From the NCBI GenBank assembly GCA_951406725.2, contig OX597829.1, positions 5,766,001-5,830,000 on the forward strand: DNA of 64,000 nucleotides. The letters run 5' to 3'. Below, one piece after another: positions 1 through 16,156 of this stretch. The DNA is from Octopus vulgaris. Lineage: Eukaryota. The notes below the pieces were generated by a model that was not told the DNA's origin, did no database searches, and worked only from the letters and a program-made list of their open reading frames with translations. How positions within the stretch are numbered: the stretch's first letter is position 1; each line of letters begins with the position of its first letter. The position numbers and the translations under genes are program-made.

Positions 1-316
1 CACACACACACACACTCTCACACACACATATATATATATATATATATTTATGTATATTAGCGTATATACATATATACAGACATACATATATACATGGATA
101 TATCCACCCCCGCACATACAAATCAAATAAATGGCAAATTGAATTATTTATTTATACCACATGTAATTACGTTATCTGTGTTTTATTCATCGACTTAGAA
201 TTACCTGTCAGTATGCACACACACATATATACACACGCACAAACATACACTCACGCACATATAGGCATACAGTTACATTACTGCTTACATACACATATAT
301 ATATATATGTATATAC

Positions 317-377
<61 letters not shown>

Positions 378-602
378 GATATCTACATACATACACATAC
401 ATTTACATATATATATATATATGTATATACGTATATATACTTTATTTTAAGCAGCAGAAAATTCAACAAAATCTGTTACTCTGAGTTTCTCGTTGCCGTT
501 CATCAGACAGTTTTTGCTAGAATGGAACATATATATTAATTCCATGTATATATATATATGTATATATATACATATAGATATCTACATACATACACATACA
601 TT

Positions 603-646
<44 letters not shown>

Positions 647-716
647 GATATCTACATACATACACACACATATATATATATATACATATATATATCTACA
701 TAAATGCACATACATT

Positions 717-777
<61 letters not shown>

Positions 778-1512
778 GTATGTATGTAGATATCTATATA
801 TGCCTTGAGTGTATGCGTTTGTAAACATAAACACAAAAGCACAATGAAACGTATACATATATATGTACATATACGTACGTTTATACACACGTATACACAC
901 ACACTCACACATATACATACATACTCACACATAAACTATCAGTGTGTTTATGCATGTATATACATATGTGTGTGCGTGTATGTTTTTTTTGTGTATGTGC
1001 AAGTTAAAATATACGCATGGAGAGGAACACATATAAGTACAATATACACAATGACTACATGAACACGTATATACACACCTAATACTGAGTGTTACACACT
1101 CCTTGCTAATTTTTAAACGGGTGTATTTTAAAGGTAGTCAGATGGCTTTGAAATTGTACAATTAGTAAAGAAGGCAGTGCTCTGGGCTCACCTGACATAC
1201 CTATAATTTAGTAGATACGCATCTATCTTCTTCTATCTTTGGCACTATTTCTCTCTATCCCCCCCTCTCTCTCTCTCTCTCTGTCTATCTACTTTAGTAT
1301 TGTAATTTAGTTGCGGAACAGTTTGCATTCGATGGATCTGTGACGAAACGCTTTCCATCCGTGACCATTGCATCGTTCTGTACGCTTAGGAATTACAATA
1401 AGTGAGGACGTACGTTTAAGATGAAATTTAAGTGAAATTTTACTGAAATTTTCTAACACGTCATGCGACTGTGTTGTAGATCCCTCGTTTACTGTGTAGT
1501 ATGTATGTATAT

Positions 1513-1623
<111 letters not shown>

Positions 1624-1649
1624 CATATACACCTATATATATATATATG

Positions 1650-1682
<33 letters not shown>

Positions 1683-2147
1683 CATATGTATATATACATA
1701 TATGTATATATGTATATATGTGTATAAATGTGTGTGTGCGCGAGCGTGTGCGTAAAGGAGAGTGGCTTCCTTATGTCCGTCGTTTAACAAGTGCTACTGG
1801 AGCAATTGTTTGACAGACCGCTTCATCTTCGTTGGTACAAATACCAACAGAGCTGTCCGCTTTAAGATAAACATACGTACACAGAGATGTGACGTGCTTA
1901 TAAATTCATACATTTGCAGTTAGAAAACACAGGCTCACACACACACACGGCAGATAGTTATATGGTTATATGTATGTACATATATATGTGCGAGTGTATA
2001 TGTATAAGTATATATATATATATATAAATATAAACAAGACTGTCTGTATATATATCTGCATAATATACATATATATTATATATATACATATGTATATATA
2101 TATATATAAGTTATATTATATTATATAGCTTATATATATGCTAAATT

Positions 2148-2455
<308 letters not shown>

Positions 2456-2963
2456 ATATATGCACACATACATATGTACGTACGAAAAAGTACGCGTATT
2501 CATGTGTATACAGGTTTGTGTTCCTCCCTAAGAAACGCACTGAGACACATACACTATATACACACTCCAGAACACAAGCAAGTACACAACACGTATGATG
2601 TATGCATCCATATATGTATAATTTATATATGTATGGATGTAGGTGAGCAAATATGTTACGTTTAAGTATGTAGGTACATATATATATTATATATATATAA
2701 TTATATATATATGTATATATATACATGTATATATATGTATATATATGTATATGTATATATATATATGTATATATATGTATATATATGTATACATATGTAT
2801 AGGTATTTATATATATATATATATACACATATATATATATAATTAGTGAATGGAAGAAATGGAGTTGAACGAAGATTGTACAGAAAATTCTGTAACAAGA
2901 AAATTCATCTTTCCATTTCAACAAACATATATATACATACATATATATACACACAAACATATA

Positions 2964-2994
<31 letters not shown>

Positions 2995-3008
2995 GTATAT
3001 GTATATAT

Positions 3009-3081
<73 letters not shown>

Positions 3082-3270
3082 TAAATACACATCTAAATAT
3101 ATATGCGTGTATACACACACATTCATACATACAAATATATATACACATACCAATGTATTTGTACAAGTATATCTAAGTTTTGTACTGTTAATTCGCCAAT
3201 ACTGTCTGCTTCATTCATTCCGACCAAACAACACTACAGCAAAATTCTTTTCATACATTTTCTCTTGAAT

Positions 3271-3347
<77 letters not shown>

Positions 3348-3568
3348 GCCAAAGATGATATAAAATTATTATTACTGATGATAATATATATGTATAATAT
3401 ATATAAAATATATGATACACACACGCAACCCACATACACATATGTAAATATATGTATATATATATATATATATACACTATATACACATACATACACCATC
3501 TACACACTCTAGCAAAGAAGCATGTACACTATTACATGCGTGTCTATCTATCTATCTATCTATCTATA

Positions 3569-3677
<109 letters not shown>

Positions 3678-4254
3678 GTATATACATAAAAACGGGTAAA
3701 TATGTTTATATGTGCATAAATCTACATGTATGAATATGTACGTATGTATGTATACAATATATATTTACACACACACACACACACACACAAACACATATGA
3801 ATGTGTACAGGCGCCAATGTACATATACGTTTACATTATATATATATAACACATATGTGGTAAATGTGATATCTATGATATACACACCGATAATCTGGTA
3901 CAACTGAAAGATAAAAGATATATACACACATATATATATCTACATAATATATATGTGTATATGATATATATCATAGATATCTAATATTATCATAATGATA
4001 TATTATATATACATATTTATACATACACACAAACATACATGTACATCATACACAAATGCATAGAGATACAAACATGCATATGCGTACGTGAATTCATAAA
4101 CGCATACACAAATATAAACGTTTATGGCTGTGTATACCTATGCATTCCCTTACAATCAAAATGTAAATTAACGTGTAAAAATTGCACAGGGTGTTTTGTC
4201 CGACTCTCTGCTCATTACTCGCTCCCGATACACAGCAATAAATGACATTGATTT

Positions 4255-4465
4255 AAAATTTTGGCGGAAGGCCGGCAAGTTTATTAGAGGGCATGAGTCG
4301 ATTACATGGTCCCCAGTAGTCAACTGGTACTTATTTCATCTATCTAGGAAAGATGAAAGGCAAAGTCAACCTCGGCTGAATTTGAACATAGAAGGCAATG
4401 ACGGACGAAATGCCGCCAAGCATTTTGCCCGGCGTATTAATAACTGTGTAAGCTCTCTGCCTCAA
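4255..4465 (-). mobile_element. tRNA-derived SINE, family B (degenerate copy)
   Basis: Aligns by eye with 62055-62258 (gtcgattacat...caactggtactt...gaaag..aaaggcaaagtc..cctcg...gaatttgaac); B-box-like GTTCAAATTC on the minus strand. Confidence 0.8.
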
Positions 4466-5078
4466 TAATGATAATAATAAGAATCCTAATTTCCTTTATT
4501 GGCCACAAGGGAACAAAACACTGAAGACTAGGATGACAAATATACACAAAGGTGAGGTGTGCATGGCTGAAAACGAAGCAGAAGTGTATAGAAATAAGAC
4601 AAAATATAATGAAAAGAAGTAAGTGGAATTTAAATGTAGTAAAAGGATGAGACTAACCATAGCATTAATGGACACATTAATTATAAGATAACAATGATAA
4701 TAATGAGATATGACAATAAACTAATAGGTTTCAGACATTGCCGTATAATTACAAAATAGAGGAAAGGCTGTTAGGTCGAATCAACGGTCGGTAGGTCTAA
4801 TTATTAGTTTATGCGATTCTTACGGCATGCCACACACAACTTTGGAGATACCACGTAAGTAAAACATTTAAACATTCTGGATGTGCTCCACCAACTTACA
4901 ATAAACACGAGAAACACTGTATATGATCTATGAATGAAGCCATCATCATCCACATCATCATCATCATCATCATCGTCATGTTGACGACGATGATGATGAT
5001 GTTAATAACAATAATAATAACAATAATAATAATAATAATAATAATGATAATAATTATAATAATAATAATGATAATAAT

Positions 5079-5117
<39 letters not shown>

Positions 5118-5346
5118 TATTATTATTATTATTAATTTCTTTACGATTTCCAAAGCTTCATTTCTATTCTGTTATGCGATTTTATTATTTAAGATTTTAA
5201 TTTAAAGATATTACGTTACTAAAATCTCGCGGGAATATCTTACATTAAAATGGCGTGGAGTTAGGAAAAGAGGGAGAGACATTCATACATATGTATAAAT
5301 GGTTATATAAATAATTATAATTCTATTTATCGATGGATGTGTGAGC

Positions 5347-5377
<31 letters not shown>

Positions 5378-5719
5378 ATACATATAATATAGAATATAAT
5401 ATAATATCATGTAATGTATAACAATATAATATATGCATATATAAATATGCATCTTCGCATATACAAATATATGCATACACATACACATGTAAATATATAT
5501 ATAAATATAAATATAAATATGTATATGTACACACACACATATATACATATATGTATGTATATATTTGTATATATGTACATATACACACACATATACATTT
5601 ATACAGACGCACAAACATATATATATATACAATAAATTAGATTGAGAGATTCAATTAATAATCCAATAATTTATTTATATTATAATATAATATTCTATGA
5701 ATATAACACAAGAAATCAT

Positions 5720-5777
<58 letters not shown>

Positions 5778-5855
5778 AATAAAAGAAATCCCTTTCTGGA
5801 TGTATGTGTGTGCATATATTTATGTATACGAATATGTGTATTTGAATATGATTTC

Positions 5856-5933
<78 letters not shown>

Positions 5934-6309
5934 CACACACACAGTGGCCGGTGGCATAAGTTATGAAAAGATATAAGATATGGTATAAGTATCTGAACTG
6001 ATAAAAATATGCATTTACATCGAGTCATTCGACTAAAAAAGTTCCTGAAAGTGGTGCCCCAGCATGGGCGTAGTCTTAAACAAATAAAAGATAAAAGATA
6101 CATGCGCATATACACATACATACAAAAAACCAGCACATAAGTATCTCTCTCTACATATATACACACACATTCATGCATACGTATGTACGCATATATATAT
6201 AATTATACATATACGTACACACACATGTATTTTTACATATATATATAAAAAATAATATGTTACAATTACTCAATAGCAAAGATAAAACTCTGAGTTTCAG
6301 ATGCCACTT

Positions 6310-6360
<51 letters not shown>

Positions 6361-6572
6361 CATACATATATGCATATATATATATATATATTTGTGTTTG
6401 TGTGTTTATACATGTATATATACATATATACATACATAAAGACACACACACACACACACACACACACACTTCAACTTTGTTTCTGTTATTCGACCGTCAT
6501 TATGTTGGAATACGGCCTTGAGGATTCTACTGACAAAAATCTAATCTATTTCTTTTTATCTATCTATCTGTC

Positions 6573-6621
<49 letters not shown>

Positions 6622-6646
6622 TTACACACGCACGCACAAAGACACA

Positions 6647-6712
<66 letters not shown>

Positions 6713-6759
6713 CATAGTTATGTATATGTATACATATATAGATAATTTCATTCAAACAG

Positions 6760-6809
<50 letters not shown>

Positions 6810-6907
6810 TCTATTTAAATAATAGACATATATAAAATTAATGAATTTACAAGCTTACACTCAGATATACATATATACACACATGCCTAAAGAGACAGAT
6901 AGACACG

Positions 6908-6941
<34 letters not shown>

Positions 6942-7298
6942 ATTGCGTGCGTGTATATGTGTGTGTGTGTGTGTGTGTGCGCGTGTGTGTATACAAAAAA
7001 ATATGGATGCATGTATTTGTAGACATACACCTTTACAAATATTTTGAAGAACGTATTACAAGAAGAAAGAAGAGAAGAGAATTACTTCACAATCATTGTT
7101 GTTTGCTTTGACGCCGGAGAGGAGGGAAAGAGTTAATGGCCATAAGCTTTGGGACGTGTCCCTCTTCAAACAGTGGTGGGGGCCCAGGGGAAAAATGAAG
7201 AAAGAAAAACTGGTAAAAAAAGCAGGCCGGAGAAAAGAAAACCAACACCAACATGGTGGACCACGGATAGTTGTCCTACATGCTTAGCTGCTAACTTT

Positions 7299-7383
<85 letters not shown>

Positions 7384-7528
7384 CTCACACACACATAAAT
7401 ACGTCGGTCCATGTGTAGGTGTGTCATTATGTATAGGCAAACACCAAAACACACCCGCACATATTCACACGTATGTGTTTTTACGTAGTCTGAATCTCTC
7501 TCCCTCGCTGCCCCCCCTCTCTCTCTCT

Positions 7529-7566
<38 letters not shown>

Positions 7567-7851
7567 TATGTATGTGTGAGTTTGCGTATGCATGTGTATG
7601 TATGTACGTATGCATGTTGATACGTATGCATGTATATCTATGTTCCAATGAATTTAAATATATACATACACACATATATATGTATATATACCTCTCAATA
7701 TATGCTAACATATATATATATATATATTCAAAATTTTGTATTAATGGAAAACCTCTATAATTGGCTGATGAATCTATTGTAATACTTACAACATTTAATA
7801 AAATGATGTAGTACGAAACGATCGTACCAAATTACCGCAGTCATTCTTATT

Positions 7852-7896
<45 letters not shown>

Positions 7897-8465
7897 TACA
7901 CACATATATACACACACACATATATATATGCACATATATACACACACATATATATACATATATACATTTATATATATTCATTTATATATATACGTATATA
8001 TACATTTATATACATACATATATTTATATATACATTGATATATTTACATACATACAAATATACATACATATATACATTAATATATGTTGACATGTGTGCA
8101 TATACATAAATTGATGTGCATATATAATATATATCTGTATAAATGCATATAGACTTACAAATATAAATATACATATTTATATATACATTCGTGCATACAT
8201 AAATAATACATACTTACATACTTATATACACAAACGCCAACAGATACATATACAAATTGTACATATTCGTATATGGTTGTTTTTGAAATTGTTCATCACG
8301 ATTACGTTTCAGGATAGAACTCGTGGTTCAAACACTTATCGTCTCGAATGGACATTTCTGCGTTCTTTTCACATCATATAAAACAATATACACGCATATT
8401 AATATATATGAAATATCTACATAACGTATACACACACATATATTTTGTACACACACATACACATT

Positions 8466-8532
<67 letters not shown>

Positions 8533-9392
8533 TAATATATATATATATTATATATATATAATATATATATACATATATATATATATACATATATATATAT
8601 TGTGTGTGCATGTATGCACATACAGATACACACATCTGTCTGTGTACATGCGAGCATTATTACATACGCATAAAAACATCCGTATACACACATGCATATA
8701 CATTCAAGTGCGTGCGTGGATACATGTATACATACATGCATGCAAACATACATACATACAATCATACATAAATACATACATACGTACATACATTCATATA
8801 TACATACATACATACATACATACATACACACATACATACATACATACATACATACATACAAACATACGTACATACATACATACATACATACATAAATACA
8901 TACATACATACATACATACATACATACATACATGCATACATACATACATACATACATACACACATACACACACATACATACATACATGCATGCATACATA
9001 AATAAATACATACATACATGTAGGTATTTGATGGCTAGAGTTTTTATTAAATGTAACGGTGCATAAAAATGGTTTGACATGTCGTAACTCGCCGATCGCA
9101 GATAAGAGCATCTCTTGCCATGCTCGCGATGACGGCACGGGCAGTGTGAATGGGCATATACCATAAGATATCGGTTAGCCTGTTTTCTTCAAGATTTTCA
9201 TACTACTATAAAGACACGTTTGCCTCTCATACATTCGTGCGTGTAGAATTTGTAGATTGCAGCCTTATTGCATCGCATAAAAATATTTGGAAAATGTTCT
9301 GAATGTAACGCATGCACAATACACATATACACATATAAATACATTCGGACACACACACACGCACACATATATATGAATATACATATGTATGT

Positions 9393-9424
<32 letters not shown>

Positions 9425-9640
9425 TTATGCATATATATATATTCATATATGCATAAATATATACACATACATATATGTATATTACGCTTATGTACGGTTA
9501 CATATATATATATATATAAATATATATGTATATACACACATATATATATACATTTATATGTATATGTGTACATGTATATATATATATATATACATATGCA
9601 TATATATATATATGTGTGTATATATATGTATACGTATCTA

Positions 9641-9699
<59 letters not shown>

Positions 9700-9909
9700 A
9701 TATATATATCTATATATATAGTGAACGGATACTATGTAAATGCATAGATCAGACATTTCCCTGCAATCTTGGATACGATGTCGAACACTGGTTTCGTGTC
9801 AGACTTTTATATGACTACAGAGTGTCTATATAGGCAAAACGGTTGTATGAAAATATTGGGATAGCTATATATATATATAAATATATATATATACATACAC
9901 ATATATGTG

Positions 9910-9964
<55 letters not shown>

Positions 9965-10142
9965 TATATATGTATGTATGTATGTATGTATATATATATG
10001 TGTGTGTGTATCTATATCTATGTGTGCGTGTGTGTATGTCTGCGTACTTAAAGATATAGCATGTATATATATATATATTGGTAAAAATGGTAGGATAACA
10101 AAAGAAAGAGACCTCAATATTATGTAAATAGAGGAAATTTAT

Positions 10143-10342
10143 CTGTAAAAATAATATGTAACAATTATTCGGGAGCCAAGATAAAACTCTGAGTTTCGGA
10201 TGCCGAAGTGGAAATCCACAACACCATCTCTTCGGTTATCTGGCCATCTACCGAAGAGGTGGTGTTATGGATTTCCACCTCGGCATCCGAAACTCAGAGT
10301 TTTATCTTGGCTCCCGAATAATTGTCACATATTATTTTACAG
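10143..10342. repeat. ~95 bp-arm inverted repeat with hammerhead-like motif on each arm (Penelope-like end)
   Basis: Arms 10143-10236 and 10250-10342 are reverse complements. Each carries CCGAAGA...CATCC-GAAA-CTCAGAG-TT. A related fragment is at about 6250-6313. Confidence 0.85.
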
Positions 10343-10442
10343 TTATATATATATATACATATATATGCGTATGTATGTGTATATATATATATACATATAT
10401 ATGCATGTGAGTGTGACTGTATGTGGTATATACACATACGCA

Positions 10443-10507
<65 letters not shown>

Positions 10508-10600
10508 TTATATATACATATATATGCGTATGTATGTGTATATATATATACATATATATGCATGTGAGTGTGACTATATGTGGTATATACACATACGCAG

Positions 10601-10656
<56 letters not shown>

Positions 10657-10857
10657 CTATACACACACATACGTTTACATACAAAGATATACATATGCAC
10701 TTATTTATATGACACAAACATTTATTCATATTTCCCTATATAGATAGATATGCATTTTTATATATTTTACCTATGATTATCTATATATACAATCAAATTG
10801 TATAAATCGCTGTATCCCTTTGTGTGTCTCTCTTCATATACATACATACATACATAC

Positions 10858-10999
<142 letters not shown>

Positions 11000-11465
11000 T
11001 GTGCGAGTTGGACGTGGCTAACCTCATCTGTGTTCCTTGCCGCCAGTTAGGTCCTGTTGGAACTCTGGAGATCGTGTTTTGTTTTGAAGACACCTACATC
11101 ATGTGTAGGTTTTTCAAGTTTAGTGATAGGATATTGAAGATCTGTAGGCACTTGAAACCCAAACTTTTCAGTACCTAATCCTGACTCTTGATGGCAATAT
11201 TGAGGGTTTTTGGTACTCTGCAATGGTGCTCTTCTGCTGTCAGTGCCACTAACAATTCCAAAGTTCGGTAAAGTTCCTCCAGGATTTTCCAGACGTTCTC
11301 GGGAGTAGAATCTTAACTTTATCAATTTCTCCCAGTAGCTGACATTCAAACTGAGACAATCCACTTTGTGTAGCTTCACTAGATTGCTTCGAGCTCCGTC
11401 GTTAAGTTTAGTTGTGGTGGCCATATTTGGGAGCAGAATCCATTTGGCCAATCGTCTGAATTTTA
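11000..11465 (-). mobile_element. CR1-like LINE 3' fragment (degenerate ORF2 C-terminus)
   Basis: Minus-strand translation includes SYWEKLIKLRFYSRER and DVGVFKTK...SRVP across frameshifts, typical of the post-RT C-terminus of CR1-group LINEs. Confidence 0.75.
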
Positions 11466-11614
11466 TTGCCAGCTAAGTAAAATGCACATAAAAAAATACA
11501 TCCAGTATATATATAATATAAATGCTTAAGTTTATACATATATGCATGCATATATATATACATAAATATTTCTATTCTATATATATATATATCTATAATT
11601 GTCTACTTATGTGT

Positions 11615-11855
<241 letters not shown>

Positions 11856-12087
11856 CATATATCACTGTATACATAAATAGACATGCGTGCGCACACACAT
11901 ACCAACAGCAGCAGCAGCAGCAACAACAACAACAACAACAATAATAATAACAATGATGGTTATTACCGTTAATTGTTTATATATTAATATATATATATAT
12001 ATATATATATATGTCTGTGTGTGTATTGCTTTACATAGACCTATTCATATTTCAACTTCACTGATTAGTAACCTTTGCATACATACA

Positions 12088-12121
<34 letters not shown>

Positions 12122-12313
12122 CATACATACATACATACATACGAAGCCATGATAGATCGTTAGCTCCTACACGCATTTTTCTCTCCTTTTTTTTTTTTCT
12201 GTGTATCTTTCTGTTGAAGAGCGTAGGCTCGAAACGAGACTTGTTCTATTTCTATTCCTGAGCGCCATACTAATACATTTGTTTGTTTGTACTCCACCTG
12301 CCTTCGTCTTTCG

Positions 12314-12353
<40 letters not shown>

Positions 12354-12731
12354 TATATTTGTAATCACCCCATTTGTCGTATGGTTAACACCATATAGAT
12401 TTCCGGTGCATCCTAGTTAAGGACCATATTCATGTGAATTCTAAAGAATTCACTAGAATCTCAATTACTTAACCGTATATATATATATATATATATACAT
12501 GCATTCGGTGATGCGCATATTTATTTGTATGTATGTTTGGTATGTTTGATTAGGTACAGAGATGCTCAGCGGCTGAGAGTTCCGTCCATTGGCAATAAAC
12601 GGAAATCTCAGCCCTCGAATATCACCGTTTCTTTTAGTGATTAAGCATCGGAAATGTGTATAGAGACAGGTTTGGTATTCTCTTATCCTGTTTGCGCCAT
12701 CAATCATAAGTTTTTATGGTTTTATATATGA

Positions 12732-12771
<40 letters not shown>

Positions 12772-12953
12772 ATATGTAAATATCAATATACAGTTCATTC
12801 AGATGGTAAAAATGACAACCGATGTTAGTGTATTTACGTCCCCGTTCGACAAAATGACCCAACAGAAAATGTACAAGGCTTACAAAGAATAAATCCTCGG
12901 GTCGGTATATATATATATATCCATACATGTATATATATATATGTATATATATG

Positions 12954-12996
<43 letters not shown>

Positions 12997-13189
12997 ATAT
13001 ATATATATATATAGTTATATGTATACATATATATTTATATGTATATATATATATGTGTATGTATATTTATATGTATATATATAAGTGAATGTATATATAT
13101 ATATATTTACACACACACACATATATATATGTATATACATATATATGTATATATATACATATATTTGTATATATGATTGTATGTATTTG

Positions 13190-13390
13190 TGTGTCCGTGT
13201 CTATGTTTGTCCCCATGCCGCCGATGCTGGTGTGCTTATGTGCACGTAACTTAACGGTTCGGCAGAAGAACCCGATAAAAAAAGTACTAGGCTTAGAAAG
13301 AATAAGCCGTGGGATCAATTTCCTACACTAAAAGCCTTTAAGTTGGTTCTCCAGGAAGACCGCAACTTATAAGCTAAAGCAATTAAAATA
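13190..13390 (+). mobile_element. SINE family A, 3' half
   Basis: ccgatgctggtgtg...gtaacttaacggttcggca...agtactaggctta matches 22456-22600. Confidence 0.8.
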
Positions 13391-13559
13391 TAAGCTAAGC
13401 TAAAGCAATTAAAATATTAAAATTAAAATATTTTAAGATACATATGTATATGTGTATACATATATATTAATTCATCTCTCTCTATATACATGTCTATATA
13501 TATATGTATATATTTATGTCTATATATATGTATATATTTATGCCTATATATATATATGG

Positions 13560-13590
<31 letters not shown>

Positions 13591-13735
13591 ATTATATATA
13601 GAAATATCTACTTTTCTACAACATACGTAAACATGCATATGTACATATACACACATGTATATATAAATATATATATATATACACACACACACATATATAT
13701 ATATATATACATATATATATATGTATATATATATG

Positions 13736-13766
<31 letters not shown>

Positions 13767-13770
13767 ATAC

Positions 13771-13801
<31 letters not shown>

Positions 13802-13847
13802 CATACATACATACATACATACATACATACATACATACATACATGCA

Positions 13848-13889
<42 letters not shown>

Positions 13890-14282
13890 TTTTAATTATA
13901 TATCTGCATAGAACCATGTTTCAAGTAAGGAGACAGGAAAATATTTTTGGCTGTATTTATATATGATTAAGCGTGTTTCATTTGGTAATAGTTGTTACAA
14001 AATATTATACATACATGAAGAACATATAAAAAATATCTTGTATTAGAAATTCTTCTGGCAGAGAATCAAACAGTTGACAATTTAGATTCGGATGAATCTT
14101 ATATTTATCGTCAGTAATTAGCAGCCTTTTCATTGAAAGAGAGGATAAAGAACAAAGGAAATAATATAGACTTTGAGATGGATGCAATAAGCGAATGTAT
14201 GTAAATATGTATGTTTGCACGCATGTATGTATGCATGCGTGTATGTATGTATGTATGTATGTATGTATGTATGAATGGTGTA

Positions 14283-14710
14283 TCTTTTTTATCTTTTTTT
14301 TCATTTACTTGCTTCGGTCATTAGTCCGCGGCCATGCTGGGTCACCGCCTTGAATTTCAGTCGAATGAATCGACCCCAGGACTTTTTTCTTAAACATGGT
14401 ACTTACTCTATCGTCACTTTTTGCCGAACCGCTGGGTTACGGGGACGTAAACACGCCAGCACAGGTTGTCGAGCGGTGATGGGGAGTGGGCCAAACATAG
14501 ATACAAAGACACACACACATGTATGTATATATATATATATATATACACGACGGGGTTATTTCAGTTTCCGTCTCCCAAATCCACTCACAAGGCTTTGGTC
14601 GGCCCGAGGTTATAGTAGAAGACTCTTGCCCAAGGTGCCACACAGTGGGACTGGACCAGGAACCATGTGGTTGGTAAGCAAGCTACTTACCACACAGCCA
14701 CACCAGCGCC
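14283..14710 (-). mobile_element. tRNA-derived SINE family A, near full length
   Basis: Reverse complement of the 22229-22626 copy, including the internal (TA)/(TG) tract and the tRNA-like head. Confidence 0.9.
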
Positions 14711-15046
14711 TGTGCACGTTTGTTTGAATGTATGCATGTATGTATGTTTGTATGTACATAGTGTGCAAATATGTATACGTATTGTATGTATATTTGTTAT
14801 ATTCATCAAGAAAATTTTTTTATTTGTTTGTACATTCTGTTGTACATATTTGGTCATGCATCTTCCTCATTGAAATATTTTGACTATGGTGTATATCCTA
14901 GGTTCATGATAGATGGACAGTGCAGTCACTCCTTTTAGTTTTGTGGCACATGATGCTGCAGAATCCCTCCAAACCCATGAGAAATAGCGGCACTCCCTTG
15001 TGGAGGCGTTTTATTCTCGGTGATGCTGGAACTTCTATCTTAGTTG

Positions 15047-15112
<66 letters not shown>

Positions 15113-15809
15113 TGCACCACCTGAAAAAATGCCATATACATACACGTTATTCTTGATATGCATAATATATATATGTCTGTCTGCCTGTACCTACCTATGT
15201 GTATGCATGTATATGTACAAGCCTTATATGTGTGTGCTCTTTGTGTGTATGTACATATATGTATAAGACATATAAATATATATATACACATATATATATA
15301 AATGTAAATATATCTATATATATGCATATATACATTATATATGCTAATATATGTATATTCAAAATGTGACCGCGTGTGTACCGTTGGCGGCGATTTTTCC
15401 TATGTTTCTGACGAAAAGCTCCGCTCGAAACGTTAAACCCTCCTTCTTTTCTTCTTTCCTGAGCGTCCAATAATACTATATTTGTTCCATGCCCAAGGTA
15501 CCACACAGTAGGACAGAACCTGAAACCATGTGGTTGGTAAGCTAGCTTCTCACTGCATGGCTTATACATATAAGTGCGCCTATACATATAAGTGAGTATA
15601 TGTATATATATATATGCGTGTGTGTATAAGTATATATTTTATATTTTTCTAAATGCATACAATAATATTTATACATATATTGTAGAAGGTATTTATAGTG
15701 CTAAACACTTTCGATATGCAAATTAGGGACCCCTTCATAGAGTAACTGCTGCATTTGTTGAGCATATCAAGAGTTTGGCTGCTTGTTTCTCTGGAGACTG
15801 TCAGAATGA

Positions 15810-15867
15810 GGTGGACGCCTCTGATGAGAACCCAACAAGGTTTGAAAATCGATTAAGGTTGTTCACC
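15810..15867 (+). ncRNA. Type I hammerhead ribozyme (minimal, palindromic stem III)
   Basis: Core CTGATGA 15821-27; stem II GAACC/GGTTT; GAAA 15844-47; palindrome AATCGATT; UUA triplet ending at 15855; stem I GGTGGACGCCT/AGGTTGTTCACC, extending to about 15777-15896. Confidence 0.85.
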
Positions 15868-15952
15868 ATTTTTTTTCGGTCTGGGGAGAAATGGCTAAAA
15901 TTTGCACTGTTTATAATTATATCATGTTATGTATATATATGTATGTATATTG

Positions 15953-16088
15953 TAGCTTCCCAACCACATGACCTGGAGTTCAGTCCCACTGCATGGCACC
16001 CTGGGCAATTGTCTTCTACTATTATCTCAGGCCCACCAAAGCATTGTGACTGGGTTTGGCAGACGGAAACTGAAAGAATCTCGTCGTC
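15953..16088 (+). mobile_element. SINE family A, 5' half
   Basis: caaccacatg...gttcagtcccactgc...gggcaa.tgtcttctact...agacggaaactgaaaga. Confidence 0.85.
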
Positions 16089-16089
16089 A

Positions 16090-16156
<67 letters not shown>

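Noticed and set aside
1300-1500. Unique island after a plus-strand TTTAG acceptor
   Set aside because: Stops in all three plus frames and no recognisable peptide; insufficient support for an exon.
10345-10650. Repeated units separated by variable sequence (CRISPR-like at a glance)
   Set aside because: Local tandem duplication of microsatellite-rich DNA in a eukaryote; no constant repeat-spacer structure and no cas genes.
12200-12245. TTGAAGAGCGTAGGCTCGAAACG and the related CTGACGA..GCTCGAAACGTTA at about 15408-15435
   Set aside because: Probably related decayed elements, but stem I, stem III and a valid cleavage triplet could not be drawn, so they are not called as ribozymes.
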